DNA of 63,930 nucleotides, filler included, from Sandaracinaceae bacterium (lineage in GTDB: Bacteria > Myxococcota_A > Polyangia > Polyangiales > JADJQN01): NCBI GenBank assembly GCA_947483975.1. It is 4 parts of 4 records of this genome, joined end to end, with 100 filler letters (N's around TTAATTAATTAA, not from the genome) between each part and the next. Parts side by side here need not be neighbours in the genome. Positions count along the whole stretch, not along the records: positions 33,031 to 49,278 come from CANKOL010000083.1; positions 49,379 to 63,930 come from CANKOL010000109.1; 2 more parts are not named here. The stretch is one strand, 5' to 3'. The position numbers and the translations under genes were made by a program. The number at the start of each line of letters is the position of its first letter. Position 1 is the stretch's first letter. This document shows, piece after piece, positions 43,954 through 53,460 of the stretch. The notes under the pieces are model-generated. The model saw only the letters and a list, made by a program, of their open reading frames with translations. It did no database searches and had not been told where the DNA came from.

Positions 43954-45718
43954 CACTCCGGACTCCCCGCCGAGCGGCGACACCTCCCCTCCGCCGGACT
44001 CCGCGCCGGGCACAGTTCGCTATGCGCCGCTGGCTCTCGGAGGGTTTCTACTCTTCGCGTTCTTTCGCCTCGACGCTGTGTTCGGCTTCAGCGCGCGGTT
44101 CGGTCCCCAACTCGCCTACGTGAGTCCGGGAGAATCCTCCTTCTGGGTCGCGCATCTGCTCCTCGCGCTGCCCGGATGTGCGCTCATCGCCTATGGTGTC
44201 TCGGTCCCATTGGCTGGCTTTCTCCTGTCCACCCTCGCCGCGTTCGAGAAGTTGGACGCACGAGGCCGGCGCGTCGCGGCAGGGACGTTCGGCATCTTGC
44301 TCTTCGCTCTCGCGCACGTCGGCCGACAGGCGTTGCTCCGTGACCTGCCGGTGACCGATGACGAGAACTCGGTGCTCTTCGGCGCGCGCATGCTCGCTCA
44401 CGGCGACCTCCACGTTCCGTTGCTCTTGCCGCACGGCGCGTACACCGACTTGTTCACCTACGTTCGTGATGGGCGAGTGTCGTCCATCGACTTCCCGGGG
44501 AGCCTATTCTTTCGCGCGCTCAGCTTGGTCACGGGCCTCGACGCTTTGCTCTACGCGTTCGCGGCGGCGACCGCCGGCGTTGCGGTAGTCGCCACGGCGC
44601 TTCGGTTGACGAACATGCGCGGGGCGCTTTTCGCGGCGCTCGTGTGGACGTGCTCTCCGATGGTGCTGTGTCTATCGCTCACCACCCACACTCATATCGT
44701 GTCGAGATGCTTCTTGGCGCTCGCGGTCTTCTTCGTCGTCGACGTCCTCGAGTCGACCGAGCGGAAGCCTCGGGATGCGTCCGCCCTCGCCCTGGGCGCC
44801 TTCGCCGGTGCGGCGTTTCTCACACGACCGATCGAGGTCGGTATGCTGCTCGCTCCCCTCGGCCTGCTCATCGCCGCGCGCGCGGTGCGCGGCGTGGAGG
44901 GATATCGACGCAAAGTGTCACTCGCGCTGCTCGGGTTGCTCCCTGCGCTGTGCGTGTTCGGCTGGTACAACCACGAGATTACCGGCAACGTTCTCGTTCA
45001 GGCGCGCTTCGGCGCAGGAGTGCGGAGCTCCTACGGTGGGCCGTCACTCTCCGTCTGGGACCGGATTCCGGGGAACCTGTGTTTCGAGACGTTGATGCTC
45101 TCGGTCTGGTTCCTCGGCCCGATCGGCGCAGCGCTGGTGTGGCTTGGAGTGTCGCGCGACAATCCCATCGCAGTCGCGCTGGCGTCCGGCGTAGGACTCG
45201 CCCTGTCAATCACGCTCGCGCATGAATACACGGGCGTTCACGTCGTCGGCCCCATTCACTTCTCCGACGCGCCCGTGCTCCTGACGCCACTCGCGGTACT
45301 CGGGGTTCAGCGCGCGTTCGCCTGGCTCCGTCAGAAGGGAGTTGAAGGGGCGCGCTCCGCCGCCATCGTCGCCGCCACGATCGTGCTCGCCTACGGGGCC
45401 TTCGACATCTTTCACGCGCGAGCGCTCGAGTCGCAGGCCGCCGTGCAGGCGTTCCCCTTCGAGGAGCTCGCGAGGCGGGACATTCATCACGCGGTGGTCC
45501 TCGCCGATCCGATCGCCAAGCTTTACGTCCATCATCAGACGGGTTCCTGGGTCCTGCAGTTTCCCCATCCCGACCCATATCTGCGGGACGACATCGTCTT
45601 CGCGAATGCGGACGCCGACGTGGGAGCGTTGCGGGCGCGCTTCCCGACTCGGACGCTCTATCGCCTGTCCATCTCGACCGAGCCACCCGGGCTCGACATT
45701 TCGAGGCTCCCTCCTTGA
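43946..45718 (+). CDS. Polytopic GT-C glycosyltransferase (ArnT/PMT-like)
   Basis: Many TM helices; DDENSVLFGARML acidic loop; AFLTRP; YNHEITG; C-terminal soluble domain. Start chosen at GTG 43946. Confidence 0.75.
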   Translation: MPNTPDSPPSGDTSPPPDSAPGTVRYAPLALGGFLLFAFFRLDAVFGFSARFGPQLAYVSPGESSFWVAHLLLALPGCALIAYGVSVPLAGFLLSTLAAFEKLDARGRRVAAGTFGILLFALAHVGRQALLRDLPVTDDENSVLFGARMLAHGDLHVPLLLPHGAYTDLFTYVRDGRVSSIDFPGSLFFRALSLVTGLDALLYAFAAATAGVAVVATALRLTNMRGALFAALVWTCSPMVLCLSLTTHTHIVSRCFLALAVFFVVDVLESTERKPRDASALALGAFAGAAFLTRPIEVGMLLAPLGLLIAARAVRGVEGYRRKVSLALLGLLPALCVFGWYNHEITGNVLVQARFGAGVRSSYGGPSLSVWDRIPGNLCFETLMLSVWFLGPIGAALVWLGVSRDNPIAVALASGVGLALSITLAHEYTGVHVVGPIHFSDAPVLLTPLAVLGVQRAFAWLRQKGVEGARSAAIVAATIVLAYGAFDIFHARALESQAAVQAFPFEELARRDIHHAVVLADPIAKLYVHHQTGSWVLQFPHPDPYLRDDIVFANADADVGALRARFPTRTLYRLSISTEPPGLDISRLPP

Positions 45719-46587
45719 TGAGCGGTCACGACGAGCCCGCGTGCCCGGTGTGTGCCGGGCGGCGGTCGCGAGTGGTTTACGACTTCACGCAGGTCGCTCA
45801 TCCGACGAGCGTGCCAGGGCTGGTCCGTCGGTGTCTCGACTGCGGCTTGTGGTGGAAGGTCGTGTCGTCCGACGACGCAGTCGTGTCGGCCTACGGAGAG
45901 CCGTATGCGGAGCTCGCGCTCGCCGGGTCCTATCTCGAGAGTGACGCCACCACGGCCTTCTTTCGCAAGGTACTCAGCGCGGCGCACCGCTCGGCGCAGC
46001 CGCGCCCCCGGTTGCTCGACGTCGGCGCAGGCATCGGCGGTCTGGTCTCCCTCGCGCAGTCCATGGGCTTCGACGCGGAGGGGATCGAGTTGAACCCGCG
46101 ACTGGTCGGCATCGCGACGGAGCGAGGGCTCAACGTTCGGCAAGCGCGCGCCGAGGACCTCGATGTGCGGGGCGAGTATCAGGTCGTCACGTTGATGGAC
46201 CTCCTCGAGCATGTCTCGAATCCCCTCGCCGTACTCGAGCGCGTGCGCGACAGTCTGCGGCCCGGCGGCGAGGTCATCGTCTACACCCCAAATCACGCGG
46301 CCGCCGTGGTGCTCGCGGCACATGCGCTCGCCAGCGTGGGCCTCGACTTCGCGGTGCGCGAGATCTTCGGGCGCAATCACGTGACCTTCTTCGACCGGAA
46401 GACGCTGCGTTCGACGCTCGACCGGGCGGGCTTCGAGGTCCGCGAGATGTGGAGTTTTCCTTACGACGCGCAGCGCCCGGGTCAGCCCATGTCGTCGGGT
46501 GCGCTCCGAGCGATCGGCGTCGCGGAGTGGCTAGGTTCTGCGGTGGGGAGAGTGTTCCGGATGGTCGCGTTCGCCACGAAGCGCTGA
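45718..46587 (+). CDS. Class I SAM methyltransferase with N-terminal Zn finger
   Basis: CPVC...CLDC, LLDVGAGIG, DLLEHV, LRPGG...TPN. Confidence 0.88.
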   Translation: MSGHDEPACPVCAGRRSRVVYDFTQVAHPTSVPGLVRRCLDCGLWWKVVSSDDAVVSAYGEPYAELALAGSYLESDATTAFFRKVLSAAHRSAQPRPRLLDVGAGIGGLVSLAQSMGFDAEGIELNPRLVGIATERGLNVRQARAEDLDVRGEYQVVTLMDLLEHVSNPLAVLERVRDSLRPGGEVIVYTPNHAAAVVLAAHALASVGLDFAVREIFGRNHVTFFDRKTLRSTLDRAGFEVREMWSFPYDAQRPGQPMSSGALRAIGVAEWLGSAVGRVFRMVAFATKR

Positions 46588-46593
46588 GAGTCG

Positions 46594-47430
46594 ATGTCCC
46601 TCACGATCGCGACCTCCAACGTGCACGACCACGACGACTTCCCTTTCGACCCGGTCGTCTTCGAGAGCGTATGGCGCATGGAAGAGCGCCATTTCTGGCA
46701 CGCGGCGCGCAACGAGTGGATTCTCGAGGCGCTGCGCGATCATGGCGTGAGACCGCCCGCCCGGCTCCTCGACGTCGGTTGTGGGAGTGGCGCCGTGGCT
46801 TGCTTCCTTTCGCGGCAGGGATATCGTGTCACCGGAATCGACACGTGCGTGGAACTGCTGGAGAAGGCCAATCTGCGTTGCCCTGAGGGGGATTTCATCG
46901 CCGGGGACGTGGCCGCGCTGGAGGCGACGCATGAGGCTGTATTCGACGCGGTCGGCTTCTTCGATGTGCTGGAGCATCTCGAGGACCCGGTCGGCTTTGT
47001 TCAGTCGGCGGCGAAGTGTTTGCGGCCGGGCGGCCTCGTCCTCGCGACGGTGCCAGCGCTGCGATGGCTTCATTCGGCCATCGACGACCTCGCCGGGCAC
47101 AAGCGGCGCTTCGACCGCGGGGAGCTCGGCGAGTTGCTCGCGAGCGCGGGGCTGAAACGCTCCGAAGAGTACGGGATCTTTCGCGCGAGCCTGCCTGTCC
47201 TGGCGATCTTCCGTCTGGGCGCTCGTCGGCAAGCCGCTCACGAGCTGAGTGAAGCGAACAGGCGCGAGATGCTGCATAGGAACCTGCGCGTGCCGCCTAG
47301 GCCCATCAACCGTGCCATGGCGCTGCTCTGCGCGGCTGAGCGACGCCTCGGCCTGGCGCGCGCACGCGGGAAGGTTGGCGCGACGGCGCTCGCCGCGGCC
47401 TACAAGAGCACGGAGACGACCCATGGCTGA
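46594..47430 (+). CDS. Class I SAM methyltransferase
   Basis: EERHFW..ARN, LLDVGCGSG, FDVLEHL, TVPA...D...GHKRRF. Confidence 0.9.
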   Translation: MSLTIATSNVHDHDDFPFDPVVFESVWRMEERHFWHAARNEWILEALRDHGVRPPARLLDVGCGSGAVACFLSRQGYRVTGIDTCVELLEKANLRCPEGDFIAGDVAALEATHEAVFDAVGFFDVLEHLEDPVGFVQSAAKCLRPGGLVLATVPALRWLHSAIDDLAGHKRRFDRGELGELLASAGLKRSEEYGIFRASLPVLAIFRLGARRQAAHELSEANRREMLHRNLRVPPRPINRAMALLCAAERRLGLARARGKVGATALAAAYKSTETTHG

Positions 47431-48040
47431 GGTGCGCACAGGTCTGAGGCGACTGCTTCGCTCCGCTCGGCCCTACGATGCGTTGCAGCGCCTCGTCGGC
47501 GAGGTCCGTGTGAAGACCGAGTTCATCGACCGCTATGGGCGTATTCGCGCCGGGGAGCGAGTGCTCGACATCGGCTGCGGCACCGGCCGAACGCTCGATT
47601 ATCTGCCTGCCGTCGAGTATCTCGGCTTCGATCCCAACGAGGCCTATGTAGCGGCGGCCCGCGCGCGGTACGGCGCGCGCGGGCGCTTCGTGTGCGCGGG
47701 GGTCGAGTCGGCTTGCCTCGACGGCGAGCCTCGGAGCGACGTCGTACTGGCCGTCGCGGTCTTGCATCACCTCGACGATGCGGCCGCGACTCGACTCTTC
47801 GCGCTGGCGCGCGAGCGGCTTGCCCCGGGAGGTCGTCTGGTGACTCTCGACGCAGTGCGCACGCCTGGTCAGAGTGCCATCGCGCGATTCCTGATCGACC
47901 ATGATCGTGGTCAGAACGTCCGCGACGAGGAGGGTTACGTCGCGCTGGCGCGCGGCGTGTTCCGTGGGGTGCGCTCCACCGTCCGGCACGACCTGCTCCG
48001 TATCCCCTATAGCCACATCATCCTGGAGTGCGAACTGTGA
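47423..48040 (+). CDS. Class I SAM methyltransferase
   Basis: VLDIGCGTG, VLHHLDD, LAPGGRLVTLD, DRGQNVR. Confidence 0.88.
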   Translation: MAEVRTGLRRLLRSARPYDALQRLVGEVRVKTEFIDRYGRIRAGERVLDIGCGTGRTLDYLPAVEYLGFDPNEAYVAAARARYGARGRFVCAGVESACLDGEPRSDVVLAVAVLHHLDDAAATRLFALARERLAPGGRLVTLDAVRTPGQSAIARFLIDHDRGQNVRDEEGYVALARGVFRGVRSTVRHDLLRIPYSHIILECEL

Positions 48041-48765
48041 CCGAAGCCTTGCGAATCGAACGTGCCTTGCCCGCGCTCGCGGCCGTCTTCGACCTGGACG
48101 TGAGCCAACTGGAGGCCTACGCCGCGAACCTCGAGTCGAACGGGACCTTCGCCTCCGAGCTGGCGGGTGCTGCGCGAGCGACTCCAGAGTTCGCCTCGGC
48201 TAACCTCGTCCGCGCCAGTGATTTTCGGGCGTTTCGGTCGTTGCTCTACGTCGTGACCCGAGCATGTAGACCGAGCGTCGTCGTCGAGACGGGCGTGCTC
48301 AATGGGTTTGGGAGCGCCTTCATCCTTCAGGCGCTTCAGGACGAGAGCAAGGGAGCGCTTCATTCCGTGGACCGACCGCCCACGGAGTCTCACATCATCG
48401 CGCAGGGCACGACGCCACTGCCTGCAGGCAAGGCCCCCGGATGGGCGATTCCGGACGCTCTACGCGCGCGGCACGAGCTTCATCTCGGAGCAGCCGAGGT
48501 CGTGCTGCCGAAGCTGCTCGCGCAGCTCTCGAGTATCGACGTCTTTCTGCACGACAGCGATCACGCGTACGCGCATGTGATGTTCGAGGTGGGCCTCGCG
48601 TGGCACTATCTCGTCCCGGGAGGCGCGCTCCTCGTAGACAATGTGGAGCAGAACTCGGCTTTCGTGGACTTCGCGAGGGGCGTCGGGGCCAAGCACTGCA
48701 TCGTGTCCTCCTTCGACTCGCCGGGCCGCAAGTGGCAGACGGGCGTGCTCGTTCGGCCGCGCTGA
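48037..48765 (+). CDS. SAM methyltransferase (Methyltransf_24-like)
   Basis: RPSVVVETGV..G, LHSVD, IDVFLHDSDH, LVPGGALLVDN; GTGA overlap. Confidence 0.85.
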   Translation: MTEALRIERALPALAAVFDLDVSQLEAYAANLESNGTFASELAGAARATPEFASANLVRASDFRAFRSLLYVVTRACRPSVVVETGVLNGFGSAFILQALQDESKGALHSVDRPPTESHIIAQGTTPLPAGKAPGWAIPDALRARHELHLGAAEVVLPKLLAQLSSIDVFLHDSDHAYAHVMFEVGLAWHYLVPGGALLVDNVEQNSAFVDFARGVGAKHCIVSSFDSPGRKWQTGVLVRPR

Positions 48766-48819
48766 ACGGGGTTGGTGGGCGGACCGCGGCAGACCGCAGG
48801 GCCGCTCAATCGGCACGAG

Positions 48820-49278
48820 CTAGACCCCGCCCAACCCCGTATCCGGAATCGGTAGCGTCGTCGCGTCGACGCTGCGCTCGAGATCACGGAAGGCGACGTC
48901 GGAGAGGGCGCTGCCGAGGTCGAAGGTCGCCTCTTGGATGTTGAGGCCGATCGGGCCCGCCGAGATCTCGCCGCGCGTCGCGGTGAAGGTCCCGCCGGGG
49001 CCGACTTGCACGCCGAGGAGCGCGCTCCGGGTGATGACGAAGCCCGTCAGCGCGAGGCTCGCGCCGGAGAGGACCGAGGCGCCGTGACCGAGGCCGCCGA
49101 GCGGGCAGGCGGTGCGGCACTCCTCCTCGAGCGAGTCGCGGATGACGACGTTGGCTAGCTGCGCGCGCGTGCTCGGATCGAAGAGGAACAGGCTCACCTC
49201 GCGGTTGCGCTCGAGGAGGAGGCGGTCGGCGGTCAGCTGCGCGCCGAGGTTGGCCTCGAGGCCGCGGCCGTAGTAGCC
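48820..49278 (-). CDS. C-terminal part of a right-handed beta-helix repeat protein, 5'-partial
   Basis: Open to the contig end; GRGLEA..GAQL..DRLLLERNRE-type repeats. Confidence 0.6.
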   Translation of the reverse strand, partial: GYYGRGLEANLGAQLTADRLLLERNREVSLFLFDPSTRAQLANVVIRDSLEEECRTACPLGGLGHGASVLSGASLALTGFVITRSALLGVQVGPGGTFTATRGEISAGPIGLNIQEATFDLGSALSDVAFRDLERSVDATTLPIPDTGLGGV

Positions 49279-49378
49279 NNNNNNNNNNNNNNNNNNNNNN
49301 NNNNNNNNNNNNNNNNNNNNNNTTAATTAATTAANNNNNNNNNNNNNNNNNNNNNNNNNNNNNNNNNNNNNNNNNNNN
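49279..49378. other. Artificial contig linker
   Basis: N44-TTAATTAATTAA-N44. Confidence 0.98.
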
Positions 49379-50067
49379 AGCCCCTCCGGAACCTCCGGGA
49401 GCTTGCCCGCGAGCCGCGCCCCGAGCGCGCGCGGACCGAGCGCGGCGAAGGGCGGGGCGCCGGTCAGCAACGCCCACAGCGTCGCGCCGAGCGCATAGAC
49501 GTCGCCGCGCACCGACGCCGCCTCCCCCGACAGCAGCTCGGGCGCCATGAACGCGGGCGTTCCCCCGCCTCCCGACTCGCGTGACGGCCGCTCGCCCGTC
49601 ACCCGCGCGAGCCCGAAGTCGATCACGTGTGGGGCACCCTCCCCGTCGACGATGATGTTCACCGGCTTCAGGTCCCCGTGCACCACACCGCGCCGATGCA
49701 GCGGCCCCACCACCGCCGCGACGCGCACGACCAGCGCGACACGCCCCGCGGGCTCGACCCGCGCCGCAGCGACGTCGAGCGGTTCGCCGTCCACATAGCT
49801 GCGCGTGAAGAATGGCCCGCCCGGGTCATCCCCGTCCGGCTCCGCCAGCCCGAAGTCGAGCACCCGCGCGACCCCGGGCAGCGCCACCTGCGCGAGCACG
49901 CCGAACTCCCGCTCGAACGAGGCCCGCAGCAGATCATCCGCGCGAGCGTGCAGCCGCTTCAGCGCGACCGGCGCTCCGCCGCGGATCCGGTCCTCGACGA
50001 GGAATACGCCCCCGGCAGCACCTGAGCCGAGCGCGCGAAGGATCTGGTAGCGGCCGAGAGTACGCAC
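49379..50067 (-). CDS. Ser/Thr protein kinase domain, 3'-partial
   Basis: LGSGAAGGV, VALK, HGDLKPVN, IDFGLA, GTPAFMAPE, DVYALG; runs off the contig. Confidence 0.92.
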
Positions 50068-50165
50068 GCCGGCACTCTAGCGAACTGGCACACCTCAGCA
50101 CAAGCCATGATGTGCCGACACGTGCCACTTGAACGCCTTCCTCGACGTCCGAGTCGCCCGAAGGC

Positions 50166-50690
50166 TCAGCGCCGCCGCGCGCCCACGGCGAGCAGCAGCG
50201 TCGCGACGATGAACCATGCGCCCGTGCGCGCACCACCGGCGGCGCCGACGGCCCCCACGCTGCACGAGTCGCCCTCTTGCGCGGACGTCGACGCAGCCGC
50301 AGGCGCCGCGGGTGGGGTCGGCGAGGTCGGCGATGCGGGCGGGGCGGCCGCAGGCGGGGCCTCCTGCGGAGCGGCGCCCGCGACCGCCGGATCCGACGAC
50401 GTCCGCGGGCGGCACCAGACCTCGGTCCACACCGAGGCGCCCGACGTCTGACATCGCTTCTGAAACGGCGTCGAGGCGTATTGCGTCGGGCACTTCTGAA
50501 CCGTCGCGTAGTACGAGCCGCATGCCTCGCAGATCGCGTCGGCATGCTGTTGAAGCTCCACCGTGCACTGCTCGACGTAGCCCTCGGGCGGCGGAACATC
50601 GGCGCGCGCCGCGGATACGAGCGACATCGTCGCCGCGCCGATGGTCGCGAACAGTGCGAGGGCGCGGACCGGGGAGATGGCCAGAGTCAT
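50166..50690 (-). CDS. Secreted Cys-rich protein with MYXO-CTERM-like sorting signal
   Basis: Signal ARAD, six-Cys domain, Pro/Ala linker, SCSVG...hydrophobic...RRR*. Confidence 0.75.
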   Translation of the reverse strand: MTLAISPVRALALFATIGAATMSLVSAARADVPPPEGYVEQCTVELQQHADAICEACGSYYATVQKCPTQYASTPFQKRCQTSGASVWTEVWCRPRTSSDPAVAGAAPQEAPPAAAPPASPTSPTPPAAPAAASTSAQEGDSCSVGAVGAAGGARTGAWFIVATLLLAVGARRR

Positions 50691-50817
50691 GCGCGCATTC
50701 TATCCCAGGGAGACTCGGGCGCCGAGCCCAGAACCGTTCGCGGCTGAAGCTGGCTCCCACGGCGCAAGCTCGCACGCCGCGCGGCGATTGCTCTCGACCC
50801 TCGCTGGAGACCTACCC

Positions 50818-51174
50818 ATGAAGTCCAAACTCTTCGCGCTCCTCCTCCTCTTCTCGGCGACCCCTGCGGCCATCGGCTGCGGCGGCGGCGGGGTCGTCAC
50901 TTCGGTCGACGGCGCGCAGGCGCACGCCCTCGTCGCGGCGGGCGCCACGCTCGTCGACGTGCGCACGCCTATGGAATGGGAGGGCGGGCACCTCGACGGG
51001 GCCGTGCTCATCCCGGTGAGCGAGCTCCAAGGGCGCCTCGCGGAGGTACCGCGCGCTCATCCCGTCGTCGTCTACTGCGCGTCGGGTTCTCGCTCGGCGC
51101 GCGCAGCGGCAATGCTCTCGAGCGCTGGGTACGACGCGCGCGACCTCGGCGAGATGGGCAACTGGGATCGTTGA
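50818..51174 (+). CDS. Rhodanese-domain lipoprotein (PspE-like)
   Basis: GGAG RBS; lipobox AIGC; LVDVRTP.EW..GH..GA, VVVYCASGSRS. Confidence 0.88.
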   Translation: MKSKLFALLLLFSATPAAIGCGGGGVVTSVDGAQAHALVAAGATLVDVRTPMEWEGGHLDGAVLIPVSELQGRLAEVPRAHPVVVYCASGSRSARAAAMLSSAGYDARDLGEMGNWDR

Positions 51175-51184
51175 CCGAGCGCCC

Positions 51185-51229
51185 TCGCTGCGCCTCCCCT
51201 CGCGCAGCGAAGGCCGCGGAGCCTTCGCT
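51185..51229. terminator. Overlapping alternative hairpins between convergent rhodanese genes
   Basis: TCGCTGCGC/GCGCAGCGA (51185-51210) and AGCGAAGGC/GCCTTCGCT (51206-51229), both perfect 9-bp stems. Confidence 0.4.
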
Positions 51230-51672
51230 CAGCTACGCGGCGCCGGCGCGGTCGCCTGGCCCGCTTGCTTCCAGCCCGCGATCCCGGCGGGCATCACGTT
51301 GACGTCGGAGTAGCCCGCCGCGACCGCGCGTTCGGCTGCGCTGTGGGAGGCGCCGCACTCGCTGTTCGCGCAATAGAATACCAGCGTCGAAGCCTTGTTG
51401 GCCGGGAGCTCCGTCGCGACGTCGAAGCGCGACGATGACGTCAGGAGACGCGCCCCGGGCACGATGCCGAACTGCGTGCGCGTGGCCGTGCCGTTCGCGT
51501 CGAGCACCACCGCCGCGTTCGTGGCGACGAGCGCGGCCACCGCCGGGACGTCGAGTTCCTTGACCCCTGCGGCGACCGCGGGGGCCGCCTCCGTCGTGGC
51601 GGCGCCGCTCGAGCCGCAGCCGGCGGCTGCGAGGAGGAGGACGAACGAGAGCGTGCGACTGCGGTGCGTCAT
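51229..51672 (-). CDS. Rhodanese-domain lipoprotein
   Basis: Lipobox AAGC; VLDAN, VPGA, LVFYCANSECGAS, AGIAGW. Confidence 0.85.
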   Translation of the reverse strand: MTHRSRTLSFVLLLAAAGCGSSGAATTEAAPAVAAGVKELDVPAVAALVATNAAVVLDANGTATRTQFGIVPGARLLTSSSRFDVATELPANKASTLVFYCANSECGASHSAAERAVAAGYSDVNVMPAGIAGWKQAGQATAPAPRS

Positions 51673-51885
51673 GGCGGTTCCTCGTGAGAATGAGAGCGCC
51701 CTTCAGTCGGCCGGCGAGAACAGGCGTTACGCGCGCGCCACACTCGCTCAGTGCCGCTCGCGGCTCGACGAAGCGCTGCTCCCGGGCCGCGCGGCTGCTG
51801 CTTCAAAAACGTGGGCGACGCGGCACTTTTCCGATGGTACCGTTGGTTCGGTTTGGCGCTTTGGTCGCTCGAGTCAGGGGGCACG

Positions 51886-53436
51886 ATGCAGCACGGTGAC
51901 GAGCACTATCGGTTCCTCTTCGAGCAGATGTTGAGCGGGATCGCGTACTGCCAGGTCCTCACGGACGAAGCGGCGCCGCACGACTTCGTTTACCTCGAGG
52001 TCAACCCGGCCTTCGAGGCGCAGACCGGCCTCGCGGACGTCGTCGGCCAGCGCGTCTCGAACGTCATCCCGGGGCTCCGCGAGGCGGACGCTTGGCTGCT
52101 CGACCTCTGCAGCGAGGTCGCGACGACGGGCGTGCCGCGGCACGTCGAGCGCTACCTGCACTCGCTGCGGAGGCGGTTCTCTATCTCCGTCTACAGCCCG
52201 AAGAAGGACCACTTCATCGCGGTCTTCGACGTGAAGGCCGAGGGCGCCCCCGAGACCGAGGCGCGCCTGCGCTCGATCGTCACCGCGATGTCGGAAGGCG
52301 TCGTGATGCAAGACGCGCGAGGCGCGATCGTCAGCTGCAACCCCGCGGCGGAGCGAGTCCTCGGGCTGTCGTTCGAGCAGATGAGTGGGCGCACATCCGT
52401 CGACCCGCGCTGGTGCTCGGTTCGCGCGGACGGCAGCGCCTTCCCGGGGAACGAGCACCCGTCGATGGTCACGCTCCGGACGGGCGACCCGCTGACTGGC
52501 GTCGTGATGGGCGTGCACAAGCCGGACGGTTCCCTCACCTGGATCTCGTCGGCGCCGGTCCGCTTGGCCGCGGGGGCGGCGCCGCACGCGGTGGTCACGA
52601 CCTTCACGGACATCACGGCGAGCAAGGAAATCGAGAGGAGGCTCGAGGAGGCGAACCGGAGGCTGGGGGACCGCGTGAGCGAGGCGGTGGATGGGCTTCG
52701 AGCCAAGGACAAGCTCCTCATCACGCAGAGTCGACAAGCGGCCATGGGGGAGATGCTCAGCAACATCGCCCACCAATGGCGACAGCCGCTCAACGCGCTC
52801 AGCCTCGTGCTCGCCAACCTGGTCGACTCCTCGCGGTTCGGCGAGCTCGACGCCAACGCCTTGGAGGGCGCGATGAGCGACGCCAATCGACTCATCCAGC
52901 AGATGTCCGGCACCATCAACGACTTCCGAAATTTCGTCGAGCCGACCAAGGAGCGCCGCGCCTTCGCGGCGGTCGACCAGGTGCGCGAAGCCATCGATCT
53001 CGTCGAGGCGAGCTTTCTACACGCGGGGATCACCATCGAGGTCGAAGCGGTCGATGACGTGACGCTGTTCGGCTTCGCCAACGAGTACTCGCAGGTCTTG
53101 CTGAATGTCCTCGCCAACGCGCGGCAGGCGATCGAGGAACGTGACGGCGAGCACGGACGGATCGTCGTGCGCGTGAGTCGTCGCGACGGGCTTGGCTGCG
53201 TGACCGTGCGCGACAACGGCGGCGGCATCCCAGGGGACGTGCTCGACCGAATGTTCGAGCCGTACTTCTCGACCAAGCCGAGCGGAACCGGAATCGGGCT
53301 CTATATGTCGCGCCAGATCGCGGAGCAGAGCCTGGGCGGGCGCCTCGAGGGTACGAACGTCGACGGGGGGGCGGAGTTCACCCTGCTGACGCCGCTCGCG
53401 GACGGTCCCGGGCTCGAAGAGGCAACGCACGACTGA
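51886..53436 (+). CDS. Cytoplasmic PAS-PAS sensor histidine kinase
   Basis: Two PAS domains; QSRQAAMGEMLSNIAHQWRQPLN H-box; NVLANA, DNGGGI, FEPYFSTK, GTGIGL. Confidence 0.92.
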   Translation: MQHGDEHYRFLFEQMLSGIAYCQVLTDEAAPHDFVYLEVNPAFEAQTGLADVVGQRVSNVIPGLREADAWLLDLCSEVATTGVPRHVERYLHSLRRRFSISVYSPKKDHFIAVFDVKAEGAPETEARLRSIVTAMSEGVVMQDARGAIVSCNPAAERVLGLSFEQMSGRTSVDPRWCSVRADGSAFPGNEHPSMVTLRTGDPLTGVVMGVHKPDGSLTWISSAPVRLAAGAAPHAVVTTFTDITASKEIERRLEEANRRLGDRVSEAVDGLRAKDKLLITQSRQAAMGEMLSNIAHQWRQPLNALSLVLANLVDSSRFGELDANALEGAMSDANRLIQQMSGTINDFRNFVEPTKERRAFAAVDQVREAIDLVEASFLHAGITIEVEAVDDVTLFGFANEYSQVLLNVLANARQAIEERDGEHGRIVVRVSRRDGLGCVTVRDNGGGIPGDVLDRMFEPYFSTKPSGTGIGLYMSRQIAEQSLGGRLEGTNVDGGAEFTLLTPLADGPGLEEATHD

Positions 53437-53460
53437 ACGGGAGCGCGGGCTCCGCGACGC

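Noticed and set aside
16417..49378. Three TTAATTAATTAA palindromes at ~16.4-kb spacing
   Set aside because: Identical 100-nt N-padded linkers; spacing reflects length-sorted contigs (16416, 16414, 16248 bp), not biology.
50086..50100. TGGCAC...GC as a sigma-54 promoter
   Set aside because: GG-GC spacing is 9 rather than the required 10.
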